Under the pieces are notes generated by a model, which worked only from the letters and a program-made list of their open reading frames with translations, was not told where the DNA came from and searched no databases. Positions 48,788-58,863 of a stretch of DNA of 64,000 nucleotides are shown here, piece by piece. The position numbers and the translations under genes are program-made. The stretch is taken from IMG/VR virus record IMGVR_UViG_3300029998_000014, one strand, 5' to 3'. Each line of letters begins with the position of its first letter. Positions within the stretch are counted from its first letter, which is position 1. Source of the DNA: a virus. Its lineage: Duplodnaviria; Heunggongvirae; Uroviricota; Caudoviricetes.

Positions 48788-49561
48788 ATGAGTGAAGAAA
48801 AAGAAAAGAAAACAAATAGACACGTCCAAGTGCCAAACTCTGTCGCTAACAATGTAGACAGTGATAAGAAATCTAAATACAAAAAGCACTATACTGATGT
48901 CTTAGTTTATGGTTTTCTTCGAAAAAATATGGACGGAAAAACAATGGTGGCATTTATATCCTTAAAAATTATAGCAGACTCGATTGACATGTCGGTCGGT
49001 GGTGTATCAGCTGCAATTAAAAGATTAGAAGAAGCAGGAGATGTAACAAAAATTAAAATGGAAGGTGGACGAAATCAAAATGGATATAAATTTAATCCAC
49101 ATTCCGACAAGTTTGAAATGTATGATTTAAGTTTCCTCGAAAATAAAGAACTTAATAGTTTACAGAAATCATATTATATGATTATGCAACCTTATTTATA
49201 TATTGATAAAGAAACTGGAATAGGTAAAACTACTTATAGTGATATTGAAATTTCAGAAATAACAGGTATATCTAAAACAGTAGCACAAGAACGTAGACGA
49301 GAATTAGAATCACTTGGTTTTATAAACAGAAGAACAACTACAGATATGGAAGGTAACTCTTGTGAAGCACTTGAATTTAATCTTCCTAAGTTTGGACAAT
49401 TTGTTATGTGTAAAATTAAAGAACACGATGTTGCAATAACTGATTTAAATATAAAAGTAAATCAATTAGAACAAGAACTAAATCATCTAAGAAAACAAAT
49501 GAAACTTAAAGGAGAATATACTCCTTACGAAGAAAACACTAATAACGAAATAACATTATAA
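48788..49561 (+). CDS. DNA-binding protein with two winged-helix-like domains (candidate replication initiator or early regulator)
   Basis: First gene right of the iteron region; ISLKIIADSIDMSVGGVSAAIKRLEEAGDV and SDIEISEITGISKTVAQERRRELESLGFI resemble wHTH recognition helices. Start at MSEEKEK. Confidence 0.5.
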   Translation: MSEEKEKKTNRHVQVPNSVANNVDSDKKSKYKKHYTDVLVYGFLRKNMDGKTMVAFISLKIIADSIDMSVGGVSAAIKRLEEAGDVTKIKMEGGRNQNGYKFNPHSDKFEMYDLSFLENKELNSLQKSYYMIMQPYLYIDKETGIGKTTYSDIEISEITGISKTVAQERRRELESLGFINRRTTTDMEGNSCEALEFNLPKFGQFVMCKIKEHDVAITDLNIKVNQLEQELNHLRKQMKLKGEYTPYEENTNNEITL

Positions 49562-49872
49562 TGTCTGGAAAAGAATTAACAATAGAAATAATAAATAAAT
49601 TAAATAATATTCAAACTAAATATAATCCAACTAATTATAAATTTGAATTGAAAGAATATAATGATACAGATAAAAAGCAAATATATGCAAAAATAGTTCA
49701 TTATAATCACGATGAAGAAATCATTGTTGTAAATGCATTAATATATTATAAAGAGTATGATGATACTGTACATAAACTTTTATATGAGGAATTAAATTCA
49801 AGTTTATTTAATAAATTATTATTTACAAATATATTTAAAAATACTATAGCAACTATAGATTTATTAAAATAA
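49561..49872 (+). CDS. Hypothetical protein
   Basis: 103-aa ORF. Confidence 0.45.
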   Translation: MSGKELTIEIINKLNNIQTKYNPTNYKFELKEYNDTDKKQIYAKIVHYNHDEEIIVVNALIYYKEYDDTVHKLLYEELNSSLFNKLLFTNIFKNTIATIDLLK

Positions 49873-50244
49873 ATGGAAGTAATACAACACTTCGTTCGTA
49901 ATGACGACCATGATGAATTATACATTATGGAAATTGAAGGGAAAGCTTATGCTAGGATGTATTGATTCCATGATGATCCAAAATCAGTTTACTTAAACTC
50001 TTTAAGTGTTGAGAATAACGAAAGAGAACAAGGACTTGGAACTAAAATGCAGGAACTAAGAGAGAAAATAGGAATAGAACTCGGAGCTACACAATCCTTT
50101 TTATGAGTTAAACGGGATAGTTGAATGTATGAATGATATACCCGAAGAGGTTATAACGATTTCTCAGATTACACAGATGATGATAGTATGATATGAATGA
50201 TTAAAATGTTAAATGATAACAATACTAAATACAAAGAAGACTAA
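49873..50244 (+). CDS. GNAT-family N-acetyltransferase containing 5 in-frame TGA codons (read as Trp) and no TGG
   Basis: ATG 49873, TAA 50242. The translation with TGA=W reads MEVIQHF...YIMEIEGKAYARMYWFHDDPKSVYLNSLSVENNEREQGLGTKMQELREKIGIELGATQSFLWVKRDSWMYEWYTRRGY...SMIWMIKML. The Q/RxxGxG/A GNAT motif (QGLGTKM) is present. This gene is absent from the standard-code ORF track. Confidence 0.7.
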
Positions 50245-50499
50245 ATCTACAATAACATTATTTCTATCTAATTATCAAGAAATAATAATTACAAGATCAA
50301 CTCCAGAGAATGATGAATATTATATAAATAAATGGACTAATTTTTACAAAGAATATGGACAAACAATTAAAGAGAACTCTCAAGAAGCTTAACAATTATA
50401 AGATTAGATTACTTATCGAATTAGAATGTGATCCAGATCTTAATGTTAACGATGCATTACGTAAACTAAATAAAGTAGACAAACTAATAAATAAATTAA

Positions 50500-50721
50500 A
50501 TGGAGAATAACTTAGACAAAGCAACAGTACAACACTATAATAAACTAACAGTAGAAGATGTAGAAAAAGTTCTAGCTTCTATGCCAGATAATCCATTCGA
50601 CTATCCTAAGTATTTGGGAGAAGGAATCTATGAAATATCCAAAGGATGTTTCACAGGACAAAGAGGAATGGAAGAATTTAATAAATCACTAACAGACCAC
50701 ATAAAACAATGGCACTTATAA
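50500..50721 (+). CDS. Hypothetical protein
   Basis: 73-aa ORF. Confidence 0.4.
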   Translation: MENNLDKATVQHYNKLTVEDVEKVLASMPDNPFDYPKYLGEGIYEISKGCFTGQRGMEEFNKSLTDHIKQWHL

Positions 50722-50972
50722 AAGAAGATCTAACAGCAGAGGTTAGACTATATGAACTAACAGATGATATACTAGATAAAATATATAATATTGATTGTAT
50801 ACTTTCTAAAGTTAGATCAGAAATGACAAGACTATCAGAAGCAAGTCTTATTGATTTAGACTTATCTACAAAAGATGTAAACAAACTATATAAATTTAAA
50901 CAAGTAACAGATAGTTTATATGCAGCACTCCAAGAACTTCGAGGAGAAATAGAAGAATTTAATAATGAATAA
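50709..50972 (+). CDS. Hypothetical protein
   Basis: 87-aa ORF. Confidence 0.4.
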   Translation: MALIKEDLTAEVRLYELTDDILDKIYNIDCILSKVRSEMTRLSEASLIDLDLSTKDVNKLYKFKQVTDSLYAALQELRGEIEEFNNE

Positions 50973-51402
50973 TAAATATTATACACCAAAAGTAGAAGAA
51001 TTTCATGTAGGATTTGAATACGAAGAATTTATAAATTTTGATATGTTACTTATTAGATCAATAGATCATGAAGATGATATTATATGGATTAAAACACATC
51101 TTGATGTAAATATGACTTTTGAATTTATGGAGATTCCATTTAAAATAATGAGAGATTGTATAAGAGTTAAATACTTAGATAAAGAAGATATAGAAGATTT
51201 AGGGTTTAAATTTCATGAACATTTATACGGAGCATCTCAATATTTTTATAAAGATATAAAATTACATGATAGAGGATTTGGATTAAGTATATATTCATCT
51301 AAACATATAATAGATGCATCACAAGATGAATGTTTATTTAATGGACTAATTAAAAATAAATCGGAACTAAAAGTATTACTTAAACAATTAAATATTTCTT
51401 AA
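50965..51402 (+). CDS. Hypothetical protein
   Basis: 145-aa ORF. Confidence 0.45.
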   Translation: MNNKYYTPKVEEFHVGFEYEEFINFDMLLIRSIDHEDDIIWIKTHLDVNMTFEFMEIPFKIMRDCIRVKYLDKEDIEDLGFKFHEHLYGASQYFYKDIKLHDRGFGLSIYSSKHIIDASQDECLFNGLIKNKSELKVLLKQLNIS

Positions 51403-51507
51403 ATGCAAAACGATCTTAAAAACTTTTACGACAACTGGTACTTCTACCAAGAATATAAAGATAAACCGCACTACCCTGGTGCACACACAATTATATATAA
51501 ATAAACT

Positions 51508-51873
51508 ATGGAAATAATTTCTTATCAAAACTACACAACAGTTGCACGATTAAATTCGATACTAAAAGAAGTTGGTATTAATGATAGATTCTTACTAGAA
51601 CCTATTGAAACACTAAACGAACTTGGTGTAAAAATTACAATCCCATCATTAATCACAAACAAAGCTCCTTATTCTATTGAGATTAAGTTAGATTATAAAC
51701 AAAATAGTTTAACCGTTTCACAAATAATAGGGTCTATAAACAAAGATTTATCCGACTTACTTAGATCTATTAAACCATCACTTACTAGTTTACTAACTCT
51801 ACAAAAAGCAATAAATGGTATAGTAACTATAACAGACATTAACATTACAAACGAAAACTTTAATGCAAACTAA
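51508..51873 (+). CDS. Hypothetical protein
   Basis: 121-aa ORF. Confidence 0.45.
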   Translation: MEIISYQNYTTVARLNSILKEVGINDRFLLEPIETLNELGVKITIPSLITNKAPYSIEIKLDYKQNSLTVSQIIGSINKDLSDLLRSIKPSLTSLLTLQKAINGIVTITDINITNENFNAN

Positions 51874-52324
51874 ACTTAAACTAATTACATTATACGCAGT
51901 ACTTAAAGAAGCTTCTAAAATTGGAGGAGCAAAATTCAGATATGCAGTTCTTAAGAATTTAAAAAGTATTGATAGTGAAATCGAATCACTTAAAACAATT
52001 GAGAAAGATATTGAAGAAATTATTAAAGATTTCAATGAAGCTAAAAATATTATCATTATGGAACACGGAACTCCAGATGAAAAAGGTATACACGTAGTTA
52101 AACCAGGTGACGAGAACTTTGAACTAGTTAATAAGAAAATTAAAGATCTAGTTAAAACTCATGAAACTTCTCTAGATCTTTATAGACTTAAACGAGAAGA
52201 GTATGAAAAACTTTTAAAAGAAGATGCTGAATTTGATTTTAATTTATTTGAAATCAATATTGATAATATTCCAGATGAGTTAAAAGATCTAGAAATCTTA
52301 ATGGACTTCGAGATAGTAAAATAA
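51863..52324 (+). CDS. Hypothetical protein
   Basis: 153-aa ORF. Confidence 0.45.
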   Translation: MQTKLKLITLYAVLKEASKIGGAKFRYAVLKNLKSIDSEIESLKTIEKDIEEIIKDFNEAKNIIIMEHGTPDEKGIHVVKPGDENFELVNKKIKDLVKTHETSLDLYRLKREEYEKLLKEDAEFDFNLFEINIDNIPDELKDLEILMDFEIVK

Positions 52325-52429
52325 TAAACATAAAATTACATATACTGCTAATTTTCAATAATATTTATATTATAGATTTTTATTGAATTTTTAGCAGTAT
52401 CTTTGTAGTATAGAAAATGAGAATGATAT

Positions 52430-52858
52430 ATGGAAGAAATACTAAAGAAATTTAATTACAAACCCACAGAAGAAAATACTTGGGTTAAAGGTGAATGGAC
52501 TGTTAGATTTGATGATGAACTCGTCGAAGTTTTTAACGATCCTAATAAAAGTGCAGGCGAATATTATAGTTCACCAATTGCAACAGTAGATTTAGAATTA
52601 ATATTAATGGAAGTTGATAGGAAAAATCGCTGACCAATCGTTACTATGGTTACTGATATGATTACCGATGTAAATGCAGAATCAGAAAATGCAACTGGAA
52701 ATACTTATATAATGTTTACTCCTCATAGAGTATGGTTAAAAGATTGGTTAAGGTTATGGGGTCAAGAAGAAAATGGAAGTTATTCTATTACAGGTAACAA
52801 TATCTTTGTTGTTGATTCAACACTAAGTAAAGTAATAGATATTACAAAACTAATATAA
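52430..52858 (+). CDS. Hypothetical protein, continuous through TGA at 52631-52633
   Basis: Track ORFs 52430..52633 and 52646..52858 are in the same frame, separated by TGA plus 4 sense codons (...EVDRKNR-W-PIVTMVTDMI...). Confidence 0.45.
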
Positions 52859-52887
52859 AAGTTAGAGGTTCTTTAAAACCTCATCAT

Positions 52888-52960
52888 ACCTTTGTAGTGT
52901 AATGGTTAGCACACAAATCTTCAAAATTTGTAAGTGTGAGTTCGAGTCTTACCAAGGGTG
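52888..52960 (+). tRNA. Opal-suppressor tRNA, anticodon UCA, tRNA-Trp-derived (tRNA-Trp(UCA))
   Basis: ACCTTTG TA GTGT AATGGTTA GCAC A CAAAT CTTCAAA ATTTG TAAGT GTGAG TTCGAGT CTTAC CAAGGGT G. The anticodon loop is C-U-UCA-A-A. A1-U72, G73, the D loop and the T loop UUCGAGU match the E. coli tRNA-Trp architecture. Confidence 0.9.
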
Positions 52961-52978
52961 CAAAATGATAGAATAAAT

Positions 52979-53545
52979 ATGAATAGAACAAGTAAAGAAG
53001 AATTAGAAAAACTAATATTAATAGATAAGTTATCATATGCTGAAATAGCAAGAACATTTGGTGTATCTGATGTTACTATTAGAACCTGGGCAATTAAACT
53101 AGGGATAAATATTCCTAGCCGAAAAAAAATATTGGAAAATAAGATATGTTTAAATTGTAATAATGAATTTAAACCATCTGGAACTACAAATAAATATTGT
53201 AGTCAACAATGTTCAAATGAACATAAAATAATTTTAAATTATGAAAAATATAAATTAGATAATTCCATACTTTATGGACAATCTAATATGTCAAATTATA
53301 AAAAACATTTTTTAAAAGAACAAGATTATAAATGTACAATTTGTGGAAATCCGAATACTTGGAATGATAAAGAATTGGTATTTGTTTTAGATCACATTGA
53401 TGGTAATGCTGATAATAATGAACGTAGCAATTTAAGGTGTATATGTCCTAATTGCGATAGTCAACTTGATACATTTAAATCTAAAAATAAAAATAGTGCT
53501 AGAGCAAAATACAGACAAACTTTAAAGGTGGAGGAATGTGTATAA
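52979..53545 (+). CDS. HNH homing endonuclease with N-terminal HTH
   Basis: LDHIDGNADNNERSNLRCICPNCDSQ (HNH) and LSYAEIARTFGVSDVTIRTWAIKLGI (HTH). The track ORF starts at GTG 52958 inside the tRNA; the ATG at 52979 is preferred. Confidence 0.75.
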   Translation: MNRTSKEELEKLILIDKLSYAEIARTFGVSDVTIRTWAIKLGINIPSRKKILENKICLNCNNEFKPSGTTNKYCSQQCSNEHKIILNYEKYKLDNSILYGQSNMSNYKKHFLKEQDYKCTICGNPNTWNDKELVFVLDHIDGNADNNERSNLRCICPNCDSQLDTFKSKNKNSARAKYRQTLKVEECV

Positions 53546-53724
53546 TGACCGAACTAGAACAAAAAATAATAGAATTAAGAAAAGAAGGATTAAGTTATAG
53601 AAATATTCAAATAAAATTAGGTAATCCTTCTAAAAAATTTATAAGAGAAACACTTTTACAATACACTCCGGATTTAGTTGGAGATATAGTAAAAAATTAT
53701 AATAAACTAGAACCTAAATGGTAA
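53536..53724 (+). CDS. Small HTH protein (sigma-70 region-4/LuxR-like)
   Basis: ELRKEGLSYRNIQIKLGNPSKKFIRETL. Confidence 0.45.
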   Translation: MCIMTELEQKIIELRKEGLSYRNIQIKLGNPSKKFIRETLLQYTPDLVGDIVKNYNKLEPKW

Positions 53725-53800
53725 CTAAGAAATAGTGTAAGGTATATGACAACAGGGATTCTATATCCATTAAATGATAATCTCATATCAACCAAGCACC

Positions 53801-53832
53801 AAGCCCATTATCAAAAGTAGTGGGCTTTTTTA
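53801..53832 (+). terminator. Rho-independent terminator
   Basis: AAGCCCA-TTATCAAAAGTAG-TGGGCTT followed by TTTTT. Confidence 0.6.
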
Positions 53833-53892
53833 ATAATTAAATAAACAATTAGAGGAAACAAACAGAAACTCTTAATTAAAATTAAACAAAGA

Positions 53893-56157
53893 ATGAACGC
53901 AGGAAAGAAATTTTTGAGTGACTTAAAACTTCACTCTGACTACTTAAAGTGGAGACCAGAAGAAGGTCGATACGAAACATGGAATGAAGCATGTGAGTCT
54001 ATAATCAATGGTCATAAAGATCATTATGCAGATGTAGACCTAAGTAAAGAATTAGAATACGCATTGAAATATATGCAATCTAAAACGGTACTAGCTTCAC
54101 AACGAAATCTACAGTATAGAAATGAGCAGATCGAACGTAACAATGCAAGACTTTATAATTGTTCATCTATGTATGCTGCTAGAAATAAAATATTCCAAGA
54201 AGTATTTTACTTAGCATTAAGTGGTTGTGGTGTAGGATTAGGATTACTTATTCCTTTTGTGAATAACATTTCACAAGTAAATAAAAGAACTAAAGGGACT
54301 AAAACATTTATTGTTCCCGATTCAATTGAAGGATGGTCTGATGCATTTGGTGTATTGATGTCATCATTCTTCATTGATAAACAACCTTTTCCAGAGTATG
54401 CAGGATACGAAATTAAATTTGACTATTCAGAAGTAAGAGAAAAAGGTGCATTCATTAGTGGAGGATTCAAAGCTCCAGGACCTGATGGTTTAAAACAATC
54501 ATTTGAAAAGATCGAAGAGTTCTTAAATAAATGGATTACATCAGAAGGCACTAAACTAAGACCAATCGCTGTATGTGATATTCTATGTCACATCTCAGAC
54601 GCAGTATTATCAGGTGGAGTTAGACGTTCTGCTCTTAACATGATTGTTGATCCAAATGATGATGAAATGATTAATGCTAAAGTTGGTAACTGGAGAACTA
54701 ATAACCCACAACGTGGAAGAACAAATAATTCGGTGTTACTTCTTAGAAGTTTAACCGGAAAAGAAGAATTTGAAAAGCTTGTTAAAATGAATGATGGATA
54801 TTCTGACATTGGTTTTGCATTTGCTAACTCATGGTTTGATATGTTCAATCCTTGTTTCGAAATTCTTAAACACCCAATTCTTCATTCAAAAATTAGTACA
54901 AAAATAAATGATGTATCTTATGATAAGATAGAAGAATTTATTAGAGATAATGAAGACAAACTAGGTGTAGCATTCTGTAATCTTTGTGAGATTAATGCAG
55001 AACAATGTGATATAGTTGAGAATTTTTATTCTGCGTGTATTGCTGGTGCAATCATTGGAACACTACAAGCAGGTTATACATCATTTCCTTATCTTGGAGA
55101 AACCACTGAAAAGATTGTAAGACAAGAAGCTCTATTAGGAGTATCTGTTACAGGATGGATGAATAACCCAATGTTGTTTAACACCGACATTTTAAAACAT
55201 GGTGCATCTTTAGTTAAAGAAACAAACAAGACAATAGCTGAAAAGATTGGAATTAATCAAGCTGCTAGAACGACATGTGTTAAACCATCGGGTAATGCAT
55301 CTGTAGTATTGGGAACTGCGTCAGGTATTCATCCTGAACATTCTCAAAAGTATTTTAGAATCATGCAACTAAACAAAGAAAACGATACAGCCAAATGGTT
55401 GAACAAACATATGTCTTATCTTTTAGAAGAAAGTGTTTGGTCAAGTACTGGATCTGATTATGTTGTATTTGTTCCTATTGAGAATCCTATTGAGGGATTA
55501 TATAAGAAAGACGTAAAAGGTGTTAAACATCTTGAACTAATAAAACTAGTACAATTAAATTGGGTAAATGAGGGAACTAATCGCGATCTATGTGCATATC
55601 CTGATGTGAATCATAATACATCTAATACTGTTATTGTTGATGATCAAAAAGCTGTTATAGATTATATTTGGAATAACAAACATGACTTTACAGCAGTATC
55701 CTTTATATCTGATTACGGAGATAAAGATTTTACACAAGCTCCATTCACATCTGTATCTTCATTAGATCAACTAATGAGTGACTATGGAAAAGGTGCATTA
55801 TTCGCATCTGGATTAATTGTTGATGGACTACATTATTTTAACGACAATCTTTGGATTGCTTGTGATATGATTAAAGATAAATCAGTTCCTATTACTGGAA
55901 CAAGAGAACAAGTAATGCTTAAGAAATATTGGTTGGCTAGAGCAAAGAAATTTGCTAACAACTTCTTTGGAGGAGATTTACAAAAGACTGTATATTGTTT
56001 AAAAGATGTACATCTATTTCATAAATGGGAAGTAATTAATAGACAATTTAAACCAGTTGACTTTGGAGAGATTCTAAACAAGCCAACATATAAAGACATT
56101 AGTGACACAGCGGCCCAAGCTTGTAGCGGAGGTTCATGTGAGATCACTAGATTATAA
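53893..56157 (+). CDS. nrdJ: Ribonucleotide reductase, class II (adenosylcobalamin-dependent, NrdJ-like)
   Basis: 754 aa. Thiyl-radical motif FCNLCEINAEQC (compare SNLCTEI in class I/II RNRs). C-terminal redox Cys pair ACSGGSCEI. 14 Trp, all TGG, and no in-frame TGA. Confidence 0.7.
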   Translation: MNAGKKFLSDLKLHSDYLKWRPEEGRYETWNEACESIINGHKDHYADVDLSKELEYALKYMQSKTVLASQRNLQYRNEQIERNNARLYNCSSMYAARNKIFQEVFYLALSGCGVGLGLLIPFVNNISQVNKRTKGTKTFIVPDSIEGWSDAFGVLMSSFFIDKQPFPEYAGYEIKFDYSEVREKGAFISGGFKAPGPDGLKQSFEKIEEFLNKWITSEGTKLRPIAVCDILCHISDAVLSGGVRRSALNMIVDPNDDEMINAKVGNWRTNNPQRGRTNNSVLLLRSLTGKEEFEKLVKMNDGYSDIGFAFANSWFDMFNPCFEILKHPILHSKISTKINDVSYDKIEEFIRDNEDKLGVAFCNLCEINAEQCDIVENFYSACIAGAIIGTLQAGYTSFPYLGETTEKIVRQEALLGVSVTGWMNNPMLFNTDILKHGASLVKETNKTIAEKIGINQAARTTCVKPSGNASVVLGTASGIHPEHSQKYFRIMQLNKENDTAKWLNKHMSYLLEESVWSSTGSDYVVFVPIENPIEGLYKKDVKGVKHLELIKLVQLNWVNEGTNRDLCAYPDVNHNTSNTVIVDDQKAVIDYIWNNKHDFTAVSFISDYGDKDFTQAPFTSVSSLDQLMSDYGKGALFASGLIVDGLHYFNDNLWIACDMIKDKSVPITGTREQVMLKKYWLARAKKFANNFFGGDLQKTVYCLKDVHLFHKWEVINRQFKPVDFGEILNKPTYKDISDTAAQACSGGSCEITRL

Positions 56158-56173
56158 ACTTAACAAACAATTT

Positions 56174-56884
56174 ATGGGAAAAGGCACACGAGAAAAGCGT
56201 ACTGAGAAACGCGAGAAAAACAGATTACCCGAAAAACAATCTAACTTAGTAAATGATTTCAAACCAAAGAATGAGAAACAACAAGAGTTTATTAACCTTA
56301 TAAATGATAGAGAGATTATCATTGCTACAGGTCCTGCTGGAACAGGTAAGACATATGTAACATTAGCAACAGCTTTATCATTATTAGGTTCAATCTATAA
56401 AAAGGTTATTCTTGTAAAGTCAGTAACTACTATTCCCGGAGAAGAAATAGGATTCCTTAAAGGTGGAATGGAACAGAAAATGGAACCATTTATAATGTCT
56501 TATATGTGAAATATTGATAAGATCTGCGGAGATAAATCTGCACAGAACTTACTTGATAAAAAAATAATTGAAGTATTACCACTAGCTTTTATTAGAGGTT
56601 TATCAATTGATAATGCTATTGTAATAATCGATGAAGCACAAAACATAGATAATCATACTTTTAAAACAATGATGACTAGAATTGGAGAAAACTCAAAATA
56701 CATTCTTCTTGGAGATAGTGAACAAATAGATAGACGTAAGAAAAGCGAATCGTGTTTAGCGAAAGTTATTGAGATATTTACTGATTCAGATATTATTGGA
56801 TCAATAGAATTTAAAGATGAGGATTGTGTGAGAAATCCAATCATTCCTATAATTTTATCTAAACTAAGAGAGAACGGAATCTAA
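56174..56884 (+). CDS. phoH: PhoH-like ATPase with one in-frame TGA (56507-56509)
   Basis: ATGPAGTGKTYVTLATA (Walker A) ... LAFIRGLSIDNAIVIIDEAQN (PhoH signature). The frame is continuous only if TGA is sense (...FIMSYM-W-NIDKICGDKS...). Start at MGKGTREKR. Confidence 0.85.
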
Positions 56885-56890
56885 GTTATA

Positions 56891-56918
56891 AGGGAGCATG
56901 TAAATGCTCCCTTTTTTC
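56891..56918 (+). terminator. Rho-independent terminator after phoH
   Basis: AGGGAGCAT-GTAA-ATGCTCCCT followed by TTTTTT. Confidence 0.7.
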
Positions 56919-57102
56919 TGTATATACTAAAATGTGATTTGTGAGATATATCTTACAATTTTATTTTAAATTTATACATGGTTATTATTTTTATGACAAA
57001 AATTATTAATACCTTTGTACAAATATAATGGAGATATGAATATGTATAAATGAAAAATTAAAGTTAAAGACAAACAATTTATTACATAAATAAAGATTAA
57101 AA

Positions 57103-57561
57103 ATGACAGAATTACTAGTAGGCGGTGCAGTAACAATTGCAGTATCAGCATTTACTTTCCTTTTAGGAAAGGGTAAAAATCAAGCTGAAACAGAAAAGCT
57201 TGAAAAAGAAACAGAGAAAATAGAAATCGAGACTAAGTTCGATGAGGTTAAATTACTTAAAGAAATTAATCAAAACTTATCAGATCAATACGAAAAAAAT
57301 GATAAGAGATGGACTGAACGTTACGCCGAAATGGAAAAAAAGTGAATGACTATTGTAAGCCAATATGAAGTTTATAAAACTCAAACTGAAAAACGTATTT
57401 GTGAACTTGAAGAAATTGTAAAGAATCAAGATAGAGATAAATGTTTAGGTGATTTATGTCCTACTAAAATAGAATATAATAAGATCCTAGCAAAAAGATT
57501 AGAGAGAAAAAGAAACTCCGCTATGAAAAAATTTAATCAAAGCGGTACAAAACAGGAATAA
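57103..57561 (+). CDS. N-terminal TM + coiled-coil protein, continuous through TGA at 57343-57345
   Basis: Track ORFs 57103..57345 and 57346..57561 are in the same frame (...EMEKK-W-MTIVSQYEV...). TM helix LLVGGAVTIAVSAFTFLLG. Confidence 0.45.
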
Positions 57562-57565
57562 GAAT

Positions 57566-58492
57566 ATGGATAATGCGAATGTAAAATTTAATGAATTGAA
57601 AGTAGATAAGGAAGATAGCTGCGTAATGTATAATGACGAGCTCCACAAATATTGGACAAAGAAAACCAATCAAGCGTGTATATCAGCAACTACACTAATC
57701 CATAAATTTGGAACATTCGATCCAATCTTCTGGAGTGCTTATAAAACATTAGAATCACTCATAACAGAAGATGAATTTAAAACAATTAAACCAACTCTTT
57801 TAGATAGAAAAAATTTTAAAGATGAACACTACGAATCCTTTGGTATAACTAAGGAAACGTTTGAAGAAAGAAAAGCCGAAATTCTAAAAGAATGGGATAG
57901 AAAACGAGATGAGTCTTGTATAAGAGGTACAGCAATCCATAAGCAAATGGAAGATGGACACTTAGATGGAAAGACTGCTGAGTTACAATATTTAAATTTG
58001 GGAGGTTCGTTTAAAACAGACATTACTAACAATCTAAAACCTGGAGAACAAGGTGTTTATCCAGAATTACTTTTAAGTAGAGTATCCGATGATGGGGAAC
58101 TTAGAATTGCAGGTCAAGCAGATTTAATAATAGTAGACGGATATGATGTCTACATTTTAGATTATAAGACTGGAAAGAAGATGGATACTAAATCTTATTT
58201 CGACCGTAAATTAAAGAGATCATCTAAAATGAAATATCCTTTAAACAACCTTGATGATTGTAACTTCATGCATTATTCTATGCAATTAAGTTTATATGCT
58301 TGGATGATTCAAAAAGCTAATCCTCTTTTTAATATAAAGATGCTCTTACTTATTCACATTGATCACGACGGTAATGTAAAAAACTATGAGTGCGATTATT
58401 TAAAAGCAGATGTGGAAAGAATGCTTGGATATTATAAAACCCAAATTAAAAATGAAGAATTTAAAAAATCCAGAGAAAAAATTGTATTTTAA
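57566..58492 (+). CDS. PD-(D/E)XK nuclease (RecB/YqaJ/lambda-exonuclease-like)
   Basis: Motif AGQADLIIVDGYDVYILDYKTGKK (D...(D/E)xK). Confidence 0.6.
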   Translation: MDNANVKFNELKVDKEDSCVMYNDELHKYWTKKTNQACISATTLIHKFGTFDPIFWSAYKTLESLITEDEFKTIKPTLLDRKNFKDEHYESFGITKETFEERKAEILKEWDRKRDESCIRGTAIHKQMEDGHLDGKTAELQYLNLGGSFKTDITNNLKPGEQGVYPELLLSRVSDDGELRIAGQADLIIVDGYDVYILDYKTGKKMDTKSYFDRKLKRSSKMKYPLNNLDDCNFMHYSMQLSLYAWMIQKANPLFNIKMLLLIHIDHDGNVKNYECDYLKADVERMLGYYKTQIKNEEFKKSREKIVF

Positions 58493-58823
58493 AATAGCCG
58501 TCGGAATTTTTGTATTCCTATTGGTGTGTATAGCATTCTCAATACAGAACGACAAATACAAAGTCTTAGATAATAATTATAAGATTGAACAATTAAAGGT
58601 TGACAGTTGTAATAAGAAAATAAAAGCATATGAATTATTGAACAGAAAAGCAGATAGCACTATATGAGTACTAGAGAAAAAGAATGATTCTCTTGGAGAT
58701 ATAAAACCAATAATATTAATGTACTATGATAAGAAAATTAAAAGTATTAACAGTGCTTCTGCTTATGAGCACGCTCGTTGGATGGACTCAATCGTCACCA
58801 AAGTGAACAGTATGAAAAAGTAA
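58410..58823 (+). CDS. Small TM protein, continuous through TGA at 58665-58667
   Basis: ...KADSTI-W-VLEKKNDSLGDIKPIILMYYDKK...ARWMDSIVTKVNSMKK, then TAA. TM helix FKIAVGIFVFLLVCIAF. Uses both TGG and TGA. Confidence 0.4.
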
Positions 58824-58863
58824 TCCTGATACTATTATTACTTACAATTACACAAAAACTGAT

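Noticed and set aside
50245-50354. Possible small ORF continuing after the GNAT stop in the same frame (…NDEYYINKWTNFYKEYGQ…)
   Set aside because: There is no ATG/GTG/TTG start after the TAA at 50269-50271. Treated as intergenic; the independent 51-aa ORF 50355..50509 is possible but below the confidence threshold.
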